Positions 25,901 through 33,818 are shown, counted from the first letter of the stretch. The stretch: 64,000 bases of DNA from an uncultured Flavobacteriaceae bacterium (GCA_964477735.1 CAYZFD010000001.1:86125-150124), one strand, 5' to 3'. Program-made: numbers and translations. The notes: generated from the letters alone by a model not told the origin.

Positions 25901-27934
25901 ATTGTTCCTTACAAAGAAGTGGTCACTGTGGGTGTTGATAAAGACTATCTCACAATAAATGGAGCTATCGAAGACATCAACAAAATGGTGAGAACTGAAA
26001 CTCAGCGTGTAACCGTTTTGATTGATCCAGGAAACTACGAGGAAATGGTCGTCATCTCAAGCCCAAATATCACATTCAAAAACGCCGCATCGATGCCTAG
26101 TATCGCTTTGGCTAACCAAGGCGTTGATATTGACGACAATGCCGTAAGAATTACTTCATATTATGGCTTTGGCTACCATTATTATAGCCAGGGAGATGAC
26201 AACAAATGGAATGCTGAAGTTTTAGAAGTAAATAAAGCCAACGGATATCGTTCAAATGATAATGTTTCTGGAACGACTAAGGCCTCATATTGGAATGCCA
26301 CAGTGGTTGTGAGCAGCACAGGATTTACTGCGGAAGACATCATCTTCGAAAACTCATTCAACCAATACATTTCACTTAAAGAATCACAAGATGTTGTTGT
26401 TGAGGGCAATGGCACTAAAGGGCCTAGGCCAACAACAGTCGGAGATGTTTCTGTTCAAAACCGAAGCTTTGTAGAACGTGCAGCAGCCATAGGAATTGCT
26501 GGCGGAGCAGACAAAGTTGTCCTTAACAATTGTCGTGTGGTTGGTCGTCAAGATGCCTTCTTCGGAAACCGCGGTGCGCGAGTAGCCGTATATCGAGGTG
26601 CCATGATGGGGGCTGTTGATTACATTTTTGGTGGCATGACAGCGGTGTTCTATCACACAGACTTTGTGCTCAATACCAGTGATACTGCAGGTGATGCAGC
26701 CTACATTACTGCAGCACAACAAGATGGTGGTCGAGGATATCTGATGTATGAATGTAATGTTATTTCAACAATTCCAGAAGTTGAAACAGCTTCATTATAT
26801 GGGGCCAAACCAGGATACTTTGGTCGTCCATGGCAAGCCAACACAAGTGAAGTGGTGTTCTATAAAACCAAAATTGATACGTCAACCTACCCAGGTGACG
26901 AAGGTAAATCTCTAATTTCTGCAGAGGGATGGACAAGCTCACTTGGCGGAGAGTCTGCAGGAATGTATGAATTTCAGACGGTTGAGAAATCTGGAGTTGA
27001 CAACACTGCAAGTCGTGCGAGTTGGGCCACGCTGCTCACAACTCCAACCCTCAACGATGGAACTGACATCACCACTTTTAACTTCACCAAAGGCAGCGAC
27101 GATTGGGATCCATTCCCAGCCCTTAGAGCTGCTGATGATACCGACGGCGACACCATCGTTGATTTAGATGAAATTGAAAATGGTACAGATCCATCAAAAG
27201 CAGACACCGATGGCGACGGAAAAGATGATGCCGAAGAAGGCCTAACAGATTTCGACGGAGATGGCATTATTGATGCTTTAGAATCTAGCACAAATGACGA
27301 AGACGGCGACGGTTTGGCCGATGAAAAAGACGTGGACAATCTTGATCCTCTTTCTGATTCTGATGGCGATGGCTATTTAGATTATGATGAAACCACTCAA
27401 AATCAAAGTGATGCGAACGATGCCACCTCTGTTCCGCTTGACACTGATGGGGATGGAACATCAAACCTGAATGACGACGACGATGATGATGACGGTTTAA
27501 CTGATGCACAAGAAGCCTTGATTGGATCGAATCCTACCTTGGTTGACTCTGATGGCGATGGTGTTAATGATTTAATAGACAACTGTCCCACCACCAGCAA
27601 CGCCGATCAGTCAGATCTTGATTTCGATGGAATTGGAGACGTTTGTGATGATTTAAAAATTACAGCATCTCAAGCCATCACTCCCAATGGCGATGGCATT
27701 AACGACACTTGGTTGGTGGAAAATATTCTCAACCATCCAAAGAGCGTGATCCGTGTCTATAACCGTTGGGGTGCTGAGGTTTTCTCAGTTGTTAATTACC
27801 AAAACGATTGGGATGGTCGTCGCAATACAGACAGCGCCTCTAGGCTGCCTAGCGGGTCATACTACTACACCATTGATTTAGATGGTGATGGCTCACCAGA
27901 AGACAAGGGATGGATTTATATAGCGTCGAACTAA
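22949..27934 (+). CDS. Giant secreted multidomain pectinesterase (CE8) with Ig-like domains, thrombospondin-type-3 repeats and a T9SS type-B C-terminal sorting domain
   Basis: The ORF track starts at a TTG at 22907. The ATG at 22949 gives the signal peptide MKNIFYFFTLMTSMFVSFAQ (1661 aa). CE8 motifs are GRQDAFFG, DYIFGG and FGRPW. TSP3-like repeats include DTDGDG, DSDGDG and DFDGDG. The C-terminus reads ITPNGDGINDTWLVENI...VYNRWGAEVF...GSYYYTIDL. Confidence 0.85.
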   Translation: MKNIFYFFTLMTSMFVSFAQTSLSNATAGATITYDFANGLTISGDTSRLDSFQTADNLVGFTSVNTNNDRKFWWHDTQHGVNFYVNNTVEISVAGRAQITFYTCTYGGPNTFIEFSDASGNVLGTVRADNRGDTDGQGFTFDYTGQAGIVTATFVGDDKAIYIHGLKVENSNGLADVWDFGAEQLDANLYDNMLDVATINGWYDAAITPGSNGNTLPDFTVGAVSWVGNPASDRLRTTNTSLTRKDENIYGATDATGLVYANGTTDGSIRYFTIDAQENDEITFKARSGNSGGNLRFHLVSDPTVQDEFSENLGDIKDHTFVAKQTGTYKLYDAADKLIVYRITQKEANYKLLSGTVDVSAAGGIPSDFQIVFTNQFGEEWAVTPSGGNYSVSIPEGQNYTYSLSNAPGYQFQLAASATPSFTYDASVTGLNIAIEAVKAKVWDFGAEQFDANLFENMLDVATINAWYDAAITPGSNGNTLPDFTVGAVSWVGNPASDRLRTTNTSLTRKDENIYGATDATGLVYANGTTDGSIRYFTIDAQENDEITFKARSGNSGGNLRFHLVSDPTVQDEFSENLGDIKDHTFVAKQTGTYKLYDAADKLIVYRITQKQPIYQTLTGAVDVSLAPGIPANYGIVFTNEFGKPFTATMSGGSYSATLPSGYDYQISLENANGYVLSVTEVAVDETTKVLNLAIVKAVVYQVSGSISGLGSDISNLALTYAADPAAGKLFVPKPKINAAAGTYTVELEANVAYTITASGVNDYTLSPETITIGEAAETANLTFTEKPKYAITITSDDLDATQLGKLALTFTNVNETGYEYTFADVSTVELRDGTYTLSYSGLDEYPLEMALTSNLTVDGAAGSKNLSFNKVTNWSFDDRVIVLADTHYKGLQLTQVKNEIAKGHVGVSTAATIKVPVGVNEKMTVSYYYAANFSIDGGTAITTSSGSTSVIETAEYINTGAAATYVTLTFGGTTYITNINVDRIVPYKEVVTVGVDKDYLTINGAIEDINKMVRTETQRVTVLIDPGNYEEMVVISSPNITFKNAASMPSIALANQGVDIDDNAVRITSYYGFGYHYYSQGDDNKWNAEVLEVNKANGYRSNDNVSGTTKASYWNATVVVSSTGFTAEDIIFENSFNQYISLKESQDVVVEGNGTKGPRPTTVGDVSVQNRSFVERAAAIGIAGGADKVVLNNCRVVGRQDAFFGNRGARVAVYRGAMMGAVDYIFGGMTAVFYHTDFVLNTSDTAGDAAYITAAQQDGGRGYLMYECNVISTIPEVETASLYGAKPGYFGRPWQANTSEVVFYKTKIDTSTYPGDEGKSLISAEGWTSSLGGESAGMYEFQTVEKSGVDNTASRASWATLLTTPTLNDGTDITTFNFTKGSDDWDPFPALRAADDTDGDTIVDLDEIENGTDPSKADTDGDGKDDAEEGLTDFDGDGIIDALESSTNDEDGDGLADEKDVDNLDPLSDSDGDGYLDYDETTQNQSDANDATSVPLDTDGDGTSNLNDDDDDDDGLTDAQEALIGSNPTLVDSDGDGVNDLIDNCPTTSNADQSDLDFDGIGDVCDDLKITASQAITPNGDGINDTWLVENILNHPKSVIRVYNRWGAEVFSVVNYQNDWDGRRNTDSASRLPSGSYYYTIDLDGDGSPEDKGWIYIASN
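23477..24780 (+). repeat. Intragenic tandem duplication, period 795 bp
   Basis: 23477..23985 aligns with 24272..24780. By my count there are seven mismatches in the first 74 bp. Then 23551..23985 equals 24346..24780 exactly (435 bp). The segments that follow each copy are only distantly similar. Confidence 0.9.
25919..27115 (+). other. CE8 pectinesterase catalytic region of the giant protein (approximate bounds)
   Basis: The region runs from VVTVGVDKDYLTINGAIEDINK to about DDWDPF. It contains GRQDAFFG (26543..26566), DYIFGG (26618..26635) and FGRPW. Confidence 0.7.
27134..27652 (+). repeat. Asp-rich thrombospondin-type-3-like calcium-binding repeats (protein-level repeat)
   Basis: Reiterated DxDxDGxxDxxE-type units: DTDGDTIVDLDE, DTDGDGKDDAEE, DFDGDGIIDALE, DEDGDGLADEKD, DSDGDGYLDYDE, DTDGDGTSNLND, DSDGDGVNDLID and DFDGIGDVCDD. 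Confidence 0.8.
27659..27931 (+). other. T9SS type-B (gliding-motility-associated) C-terminal sorting domain
   Basis: ITASQAITPNGDGINDTWLVENILNHPKSVIRVYNRWGAEVFSVVNYQNDWDG...LPSGSYYYTIDLDGDG...GWIYIASN shows the characteristic TPNGDGxND, YNRWG and YYY features. Confidence 0.8.
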
Positions 27935-27956
27935 GTTGAATTTTTAAACACAGAAA

Positions 27957-28841
27957 ATGAAAAAATTAAAATTATATACCACTGCACTTTTTTTAGGAGT
28001 CATGACCTTTTCATGGTCTCAGCAAGAAAGCTCTGTTTATCAGTTCAATGACTTGATGCTGATTTACAACCCAGCTTATGCAGGCACCAGCACACAAGCA
28101 AACATTACCACCGCCTATGTTAAAGAATGGGCGGGGGTAGCTTTGTCTCCCGAAACGAAATTCTTAAGCTATGATAAGGCCCTAGGTAAGGGCTTGGGCT
28201 TGGGACTTTCGGTGATCAACGACAACACATTTGTGGAAACACAAAACCTTTTGTCGTTAGACTTTTCATTTAAAATCCAGGTTAGTGAAGAAACAGATTT
28301 GTTTTTTGGATTAAGAGCTACAGGAATGTTTTACAACCTCAATGCTAGCGGACTTGAGACATTGAGCAGCGTCTCTGATCCAAGTTTGGTTGACATTAGC
28401 TTATTCAAACCCAACATGGGCTTTGGATTTCACCTCAAAAACCACAAATGGAATATGGCGTTGTCGATTCCTCGTTTTTTCAATACCAGCCGCATCTCAG
28501 AAGAAAATGGGATTGCATTGTTGTCCACGGGTAAAACCCACGTCTATGGATCAGCCAGTTATAACTTTGCCCTCGATGGCGCAAACACTTTTGTGCTAAG
28601 ACCTGGAGTGTTCTTTAGATATGCCGGCGGAATTCCAATTTCTACTGACCTTAACGCCACCTTAATTTATAATCAAAAAGTTGAGTTTGGGGCGACTTAT
28701 AGAGTGGACAGTAATTTTGCCGCATTATATGCCGTTCAAGTTTCACCAAAATTTAAATTGGGTGTAGCCTATGGCATGAGTGCACGAGATTTGCAGGACA
28801 TAGATAGTAATTATGAGTTTATGCTCAAATATAGCTTTTAG
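27957..28841 (+). CDS. PorP/SprF-family type IX secretion system membrane protein
   Basis: 294-aa ORF with a signal peptide. It has the N-terminal YQFNDLMLIYNPAYAG motif and beta-barrel-like alternating pattern typical of PorP/SprF. It lies 22 nt downstream of a type-B CTD gene. Confidence 0.8.
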   Translation: MKKLKLYTTALFLGVMTFSWSQQESSVYQFNDLMLIYNPAYAGTSTQANITTAYVKEWAGVALSPETKFLSYDKALGKGLGLGLSVINDNTFVETQNLLSLDFSFKIQVSEETDLFFGLRATGMFYNLNASGLETLSSVSDPSLVDISLFKPNMGFGFHLKNHKWNMALSIPRFFNTSRISEENGIALLSTGKTHVYGSASYNFALDGANTFVLRPGVFFRYAGGIPISTDLNATLIYNQKVEFGATYRVDSNFAALYAVQVSPKFKLGVAYGMSARDLQDIDSNYEFMLKYSF

Positions 28842-28864
28842 TCAAGCAGTTTATTAATTTTAAC

Positions 28865-28912
28865 ACACCTAATCTATCGAGCAAAGATGCTTTTTAGGTT
28901 AGGTGTTTTTTC
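28865..28912 (+). terminator. Weak candidate terminator after the PorP/SprF gene
   Basis: An 8-bp stem acacctaa / ttaggtgt (28865..28872 with 28899..28906) is followed by tttttt. The loop is long (26 nt), so confidence is low. Confidence 0.3.
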
Positions 28913-28921
28913 CCGCTTAAC

Positions 28922-30643
28922 ATGAAATACATTGTTTCAACTTTAACGCTGCTTTTCGTTTGGGCTTGCTCCAAAAGCGAAACTGTTGAAGAACAAAAGC
29001 CAACAGCGGTTCTTGTGCAAAAAATAACGATTGTTGGCCAGAATATTTCAGATGGCACAACCCAACAATTAAGCGCTACCATTTCTCCAACAGACGCCTC
29101 CAATAAAAGCATTACTTGGTCCACCTCCGATGCTTCTATTGCAACCATAGACCAAAAAGGATTGCTCTCGGCAGTGAGTAACGGAACCGTAAATGTTAAG
29201 GCCACGGCTAATGATGCTTCTAAAACCATTGGTCAAAAATCTTTCTTGGTCTCAGGAGTTGTCATTGCCGTACAAAGTGTTAATATACAAGGAGGACGTG
29301 ACATTACAGACACCAAAAGCTTGCAACTAGAAGCACAAGTGCTTCCTTCAAACGCCACCAACAAGGCGGTGGAGTGGGCTGTTTCGGATGCCAATATTGC
29401 TGAGATTTCCCAAACGGGCTTGCTAACACCCAAAACCAATGGCGCCGTTGTGGTCACACTCACCTCTAAAGCATCAGCTTCGATTCATAGCCAAATTACC
29501 ATTAACATCTCAGGATTCAATGGACAGGGAACCAACCTAAACACGGCCCAGCAGATCATGGCCGCTATTGGGAATGCACAACCAGGCGATGTCATCACCA
29601 TTGATGCCGGCACCTATGCTTTTGGATCTTCAATTGGGCTTTCTAAATCTGGGACAAATAGCGCCCCAATTACCCTTCAGGCCAACCCCAATACTACCGA
29701 TAGGGTTGTATTCGATTTTTCTTCAATGTCAACATCATCTTCCAATCGGGGTGTTCGCCTCTCGGGGTCTTATTGGCATGTGAAGCAAATTGATTTTGTT
29801 GGTGCAGGCGACAATGGCATGTATCTTTCGGGGAATTATAACATCGTAGAAAATTGTGTTTTTAAGGAAAACAAAGACACTGGACTTCAATTAGGAGGAG
29901 GCGCCACTAAAAATAAAATTATAAATTGTGATTCCTTCGATAATGTTGACCCAACACATGAAAATGCTGATGGCTATGCAGCCAAAATGGATGTAGGAAC
30001 AGAAAACGAATTTATAGGTTGTCGTGCTTGGCAAAACTCCGATGATGGCTTTGATGGCTACCTTAGGGGTGCAGATAATGTCACCACTTATTATTCTGAT
30101 TGTTGGGCTTTTAGCAATGGCTATTTTGCAAATGGATCAAAAACAACAGGCGACGGAAACGGATTTAAAACCGGTGGAAGCGACAACAAGCTGTTAAAAC
30201 ATCACACCGTGTTTAACAACTGCATTGCAGCAAACAATGTAGCCGATGGATTTGACCACAACAGCAACAGAGGGGATATTGTCATTAACAATGGATCCTC
30301 CTACAAAAACGGGCGTAATGTTAGCTTTAGCAACACAAACATTGCCAATAATTTAACCATAAAAAACACCTTGTCTTTTGATGGTGTCAACAGCGACAGC
30401 GTAAAAGCAACCAATCTAGACGTTACCAACAACAGTTGGCAAGATGGTCTAGCCGCATCAGCCGACGATTTTGTGAGCATTAACCTCGACTTGCTGAAAT
30501 CGCCAAGAAATGCTGACGGCTCATTGCCTGTGATTGACTTTTTAAAGCTTAAAACATCAAGCGATCTCATTGATAAAGGGGTAGATGTTGGGCTTCCCTA
30601 TTTAGGCAACGCCCCTGATTTGGGTGCTTTTGAACTTAAATAA
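28922..30643 (+). CDS. Pectate lyase, PL9-like parallel beta-helix, with two N-terminal Big_2 Ig-like domains; lipoprotein
   Basis: 573-aa ORF with lipobox VWAC followed by SKSETVEE. There are two Big_2-like segments (..LSATISPTDASNKSITWSTSDASIATID.. and ..LEAQVLPSNATNKAVEWAVSDANIAEIS..). The beta-helix region has GDNGMYLSG, ENADGYAAK, WQNSDDGFDGY and GDGNGFKTGG. Confidence 0.7.
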   Translation: MKYIVSTLTLLFVWACSKSETVEEQKPTAVLVQKITIVGQNISDGTTQQLSATISPTDASNKSITWSTSDASIATIDQKGLLSAVSNGTVNVKATANDASKTIGQKSFLVSGVVIAVQSVNIQGGRDITDTKSLQLEAQVLPSNATNKAVEWAVSDANIAEISQTGLLTPKTNGAVVVTLTSKASASIHSQITINISGFNGQGTNLNTAQQIMAAIGNAQPGDVITIDAGTYAFGSSIGLSKSGTNSAPITLQANPNTTDRVVFDFSSMSTSSSNRGVRLSGSYWHVKQIDFVGAGDNGMYLSGNYNIVENCVFKENKDTGLQLGGGATKNKIINCDSFDNVDPTHENADGYAAKMDVGTENEFIGCRAWQNSDDGFDGYLRGADNVTTYYSDCWAFSNGYFANGSKTTGDGNGFKTGGSDNKLLKHHTVFNNCIAANNVADGFDHNSNRGDIVINNGSSYKNGRNVSFSNTNIANNLTIKNTLSFDGVNSDSVKATNLDVTNNSWQDGLAASADDFVSINLDLLKSPRNADGSLPVIDFLKLKTSSDLIDKGVDVGLPYLGNAPDLGAFELK

Positions 30644-30724
30644 CAACATGAGTATATTGCCAAAAATAAAATGTTTTTTGAGGAAGATAACAGATTTATT
30701 TTATAAAAAAGTCCTGCAAAATCA

Positions 30725-30744
30725 TATCTTTGCAATCGATTACT
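30725..30744 (+). promoter_or_regulatory. -7 box TATCTTTG overlapping LacI-type operator candidate, site 2 (TGCAATCGATTACT)
   Basis: TATCTTTG (30725..30732) matches the Bacteroidota TAnnTTTG consensus. The operator lies at 30731..30744, and the kduI ATG is at 30758. Confidence 0.55.
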
Positions 30745-30757
30745 AAAAATTAAAATT

Positions 30758-31594
30758 ATGTATGCTAATAAAACGTATCTAGCCACCCACCCAACAGAGT
30801 TTAAAAAATTAGACACTCAGGAACTAAGAGATCGTTTCTTAATAGCATCACTTTTTGAGCAAGATCAGCTGAGTTGTTACTACACAACCTATGATCGTTT
30901 TGTTGTTGGTGGAGCCATGCCCGTTTCCAAGGATCTAAAACTTCAGCCTATTGATGAGTTGCGCGCTCAATATTTCTTAGAAAGAAGAGAATTAGGCATC
31001 ATCAATGTTGGTGAAACGGGAACCGTTTTGGTTGATGGTGTACGCTATGAACTAGAAAAAGAAGAAGCGCTATATGTAGGCAGAGGCGTTAAGGAGGTTG
31101 TTTTTGAGGCTGTTAAAAACAAACGCCCCATGTTTTATTTTAATTCTACGCCTGCACATGCTGCTTATCCCACTGAAAAAATATCTTCTGACCGTGCACA
31201 ATATGTTGAGCTTGGTGACCTAAAGTTTTCTAACCGAAGAACCATCAAAAAACTCATTGTTCAAGAGATTATCCCAACTTGTCAGCTACAAATGGGTCTA
31301 ACAAAATTACATGAGGGAAGTGTTTGGAACACCATGCCAGCACACACACATTTGAGAAGAATGGAGGTTTATTTTTATTATGACATACTGCCCAAAAGTA
31401 CTGTTTGTCATTTTATTGGAGAACCTCAAGAAACCAGACACCTGTTTCTCCAAAATCACCAGGCTGCGATTTCTCCAGCTTGGTCGATTCATTCAGGATC
31501 TGGAACATCTAACTACACCTTCATTTGGGGAATGGCTGGAGAAAACCTAGATTATGGAGACATGGACGCTGTTGAAGTAGAAGATTTAATGTAA
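30758..31594 (+). CDS. kduI: 5-dehydro-4-deoxy-D-glucuronate isomerase
   Basis: 278-aa ORF that is colinear with E. coli KduI: YFLERRELGIINVG, NRRTIKK, WNTMPAHTHLRRMEVYFYY, GEPQETRH and SIHSGSGTSNYTFIWGMAGEN. Confidence 0.95.
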   Translation: MYANKTYLATHPTEFKKLDTQELRDRFLIASLFEQDQLSCYYTTYDRFVVGGAMPVSKDLKLQPIDELRAQYFLERRELGIINVGETGTVLVDGVRYELEKEEALYVGRGVKEVVFEAVKNKRPMFYFNSTPAHAAYPTEKISSDRAQYVELGDLKFSNRRTIKKLIVQEIIPTCQLQMGLTKLHEGSVWNTMPAHTHLRRMEVYFYYDILPKSTVCHFIGEPQETRHLFLQNHQAAISPAWSIHSGSGTSNYTFIWGMAGENLDYGDMDAVEVEDLM

Positions 31595-31596
31595 TC

Positions 31597-32379
31597 ATGA
31601 ATTTATTTGATTTAAAAAATAAAACTGCTTTTGTTTCGGGGGCCACCCACGGGTTGGGCATGGCCATAGCTACAGGGCTGGCCGAGGCTGGAGCTAAAAT
31701 CATTGTTTCAAGTACAAATCAAGACAAACTTCAAGCCGCCCTAAAAGCATATCATGACAGTGGCTTTGAGGCCGAAGGCGTAGTGCTAGACATCACGAAC
31801 GAAGACCAGGTGAAATCAGTAACCTCCAAAATTTTGGCCAATCAAAAAATAGATATTTTGGTGAACAATGCTGGTATTATTAAAAGAATTCCTGCTTTAG
31901 AAATGAGTGTCGCTGATTTTAAATCGGTCATAGATGTTCATCTTACGGGTTCTTTCCACATGGCACAACAATTTGCAAAACAAATGGTAGAAACTGGCGG
32001 TGGAAAAATCATTAACATTTGCTCCATGATGAGTGAGTTAGGACGAAACAGCGTTACCGCCTATGCTGCAGCGAAAGGAGGGCTTAAAATGCTCACCAGA
32101 AATTTAGCCACTGAGTGGGCCAAATACAACATTCAAGTTAATGGAATTGGCCCTGGATATTTTGAAACCAGCCAAACCGCACCCATTCGAGTAGATGGGC
32201 ACCCGTTTAACGATTTTATTGTGAACAGAACGCCAGCAGGCCGATGGGGAAAAACAGAAGATTTGAAAGGAGCAGCCATATTTTTAGCCACCAAAGCCAG
32301 CGATTTTGTAAACGGACAAATCATTTATGTTGACGGTGGTATATTGGCTACCATTGGCAAACCAAACAACGAAAAATAA
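31597..32379 (+). CDS. kduD: SDR oxidoreductase, 2-dehydro-3-deoxy-D-gluconate 5-dehydrogenase / gluconate-5-dehydrogenase type
   Basis: 260-aa ORF with SGATHGLG cofactor motif, LVNNAG and YAAAKGG catalytic YxxxK. It lies immediately after kduI. Confidence 0.75.
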   Translation: MNLFDLKNKTAFVSGATHGLGMAIATGLAEAGAKIIVSSTNQDKLQAALKAYHDSGFEAEGVVLDITNEDQVKSVTSKILANQKIDILVNNAGIIKRIPALEMSVADFKSVIDVHLTGSFHMAQQFAKQMVETGGGKIINICSMMSELGRNSVTAYAAAKGGLKMLTRNLATEWAKYNIQVNGIGPGYFETSQTAPIRVDGHPFNDFIVNRTPAGRWGKTEDLKGAAIFLATKASDFVNGQIIYVDGGILATIGKPNNEK

Positions 32380-33788
32380 TGACGGCTAACAACAACTTTT
32401 TAGACAAAGACTTTTTGCTTTTCAACGACTACTCCAAGTCGTTATACCACCAATATGCAGCACCCCAACCCATCATAGATTACCATTGTCATTTGTCTCC
32501 AAAACTGATTGCCGAAAACCATCAGTTTGAGAACATTACCAAAATTTGGATAGATGGAGATCATTATAAATGGCGCGCCATGCGCACCCTCGGTGTCAAC
32601 GAAAAATACATTACAGGTGACGCTTCAGACAAGGAAAAATTTTTGAAATGGGCAGCATGTGTCCCTAAACTTATCCGAAACCCATTATATCACTGGACGC
32701 ATCTAGAACTGCAACGTTATTTCAACATCGACACTTTGCTAAACCCCGAAACAGCAGAAGATATATATGAAAAAACCACGGCCATGCTTCAACAGCCCGA
32801 TTATAGTTGTTTGGGCTTGTTAAAGAAGATGAATGTTTCTGTCGTTTGTACTACTGAAGATCCTATCGACACACTAAACTATCACGAGCAATTCAAAAAC
32901 CACCCATCTGGCCTCATCCTTTCAACGGCATTTAGGCCTGATAAAGCCATTGAAATTCAACAAGATAACTTCTTAGGCTATCTCAAGCAGTTGGAAAAAG
33001 TTGCTCAAATTAGCATTAATTCATACGAAACCCTTAAAGAAGCACTTTCCTTAAGAATGGACTATTTTGATGCTCATGGATGCAAATTGTCTGATCATGG
33101 TTTAGAATATGTTCCCTTTGCTTCTTGCTCTGAAACTCAGGCTGCTGCCATCCTTCAAAAAAGATTTCAAGGCGAAGAACTTTCAACATTAGAAGTCCAT
33201 CAGTTTAAAACTGCCATCACCTTGTTTCTAGCCAAATCCTATCACATAAGGGGATGGGTGCAGCAGTTTCATTTGGGCGCCATGCGTAACAACAATAAGC
33301 GGATGCTCTCTGAACTTGGACCCGACACGGGTTGGGATTCTATAGGAAATTACAACCAGGCAGCAGGGCTTTCGAAATTTCTAGACACCTTAGACGGGAG
33401 TGATCAGTTGGCCAAAACCATTTTATACAATTTAAATCCTGCCGACAACGAAATTTTCGCAACCATGATTGGAAACTTCAATGACGGAAGCGTGAAGGGA
33501 AAAGTGCAATTCGGTTCGGGATGGTGGTTTTTAGATCAGCTAGATGGCATGACAAAACAAATCAATGCACTTTCAAACATGGGCGTGCTAAGTACTTTTG
33601 TTGGCATGCTCACCGATTCGAGGAGTTTTATGTCTTTCCCTAGACACGAATATTTTCGAAGATTGTTATGCCAGCTTATAGGGGCTGATATCGATCAGGG
33701 ATTGCTTCCAAATGATATGAAATCCATCGGACAGATCGTTGAAGACATTTGTTTTAACAACGCACAAAACTTTTTTAATTTTAAATAA
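32379..33788 (+). CDS. uxaC: Glucuronate (uronate) isomerase
   Basis: 469-aa ORF with PIIDYHCHL, GDHYKWRAMR, NPLYHWTHLEL and WWFLDQ, all typical of UxaC. Confidence 0.95.
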   Translation: MTANNNFLDKDFLLFNDYSKSLYHQYAAPQPIIDYHCHLSPKLIAENHQFENITKIWIDGDHYKWRAMRTLGVNEKYITGDASDKEKFLKWAACVPKLIRNPLYHWTHLELQRYFNIDTLLNPETAEDIYEKTTAMLQQPDYSCLGLLKKMNVSVVCTTEDPIDTLNYHEQFKNHPSGLILSTAFRPDKAIEIQQDNFLGYLKQLEKVAQISINSYETLKEALSLRMDYFDAHGCKLSDHGLEYVPFASCSETQAAAILQKRFQGEELSTLEVHQFKTAITLFLAKSYHIRGWVQQFHLGAMRNNNKRMLSELGPDTGWDSIGNYNQAAGLSKFLDTLDGSDQLAKTILYNLNPADNEIFATMIGNFNDGSVKGKVQFGSGWWFLDQLDGMTKQINALSNMGVLSTFVGMLTDSRSFMSFPRHEYFRRLLCQLIGADIDQGLLPNDMKSIGQIVEDICFNNAQNFFNFK

Positions 33789-33818
33789 CATTACATCAAC
33801 CAAACAAAACACACCCTA

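Noticed and set aside
26087-26096. 10-bp palindrome GCATCGATGC
   Set aside because: It lies inside the coding sequence of the giant gene, is a single occurrence and does not resemble the operator arms. It is probably chance.
26974-27339. 121-aa Ser-rich ORF, and neighbouring ORFs at 27285..27509 and 27403..27600, on the minus strand
   Set aside because: They are antisense to the Asp-rich TSP3 repeat region of the giant gene. GAT/GAC repeats read as Ser/Ile/Val-rich frames on the other strand. They have no start context or motifs, so I treat them as artefacts.
27134-27652. Repetitive DNA checked as a possible CRISPR or tandem-repeat array
   Set aside because: The repeats are imperfect, in frame and encode DxDxDG calcium-binding loops. 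This is a protein-level repeat without a spacer/repeat architecture.
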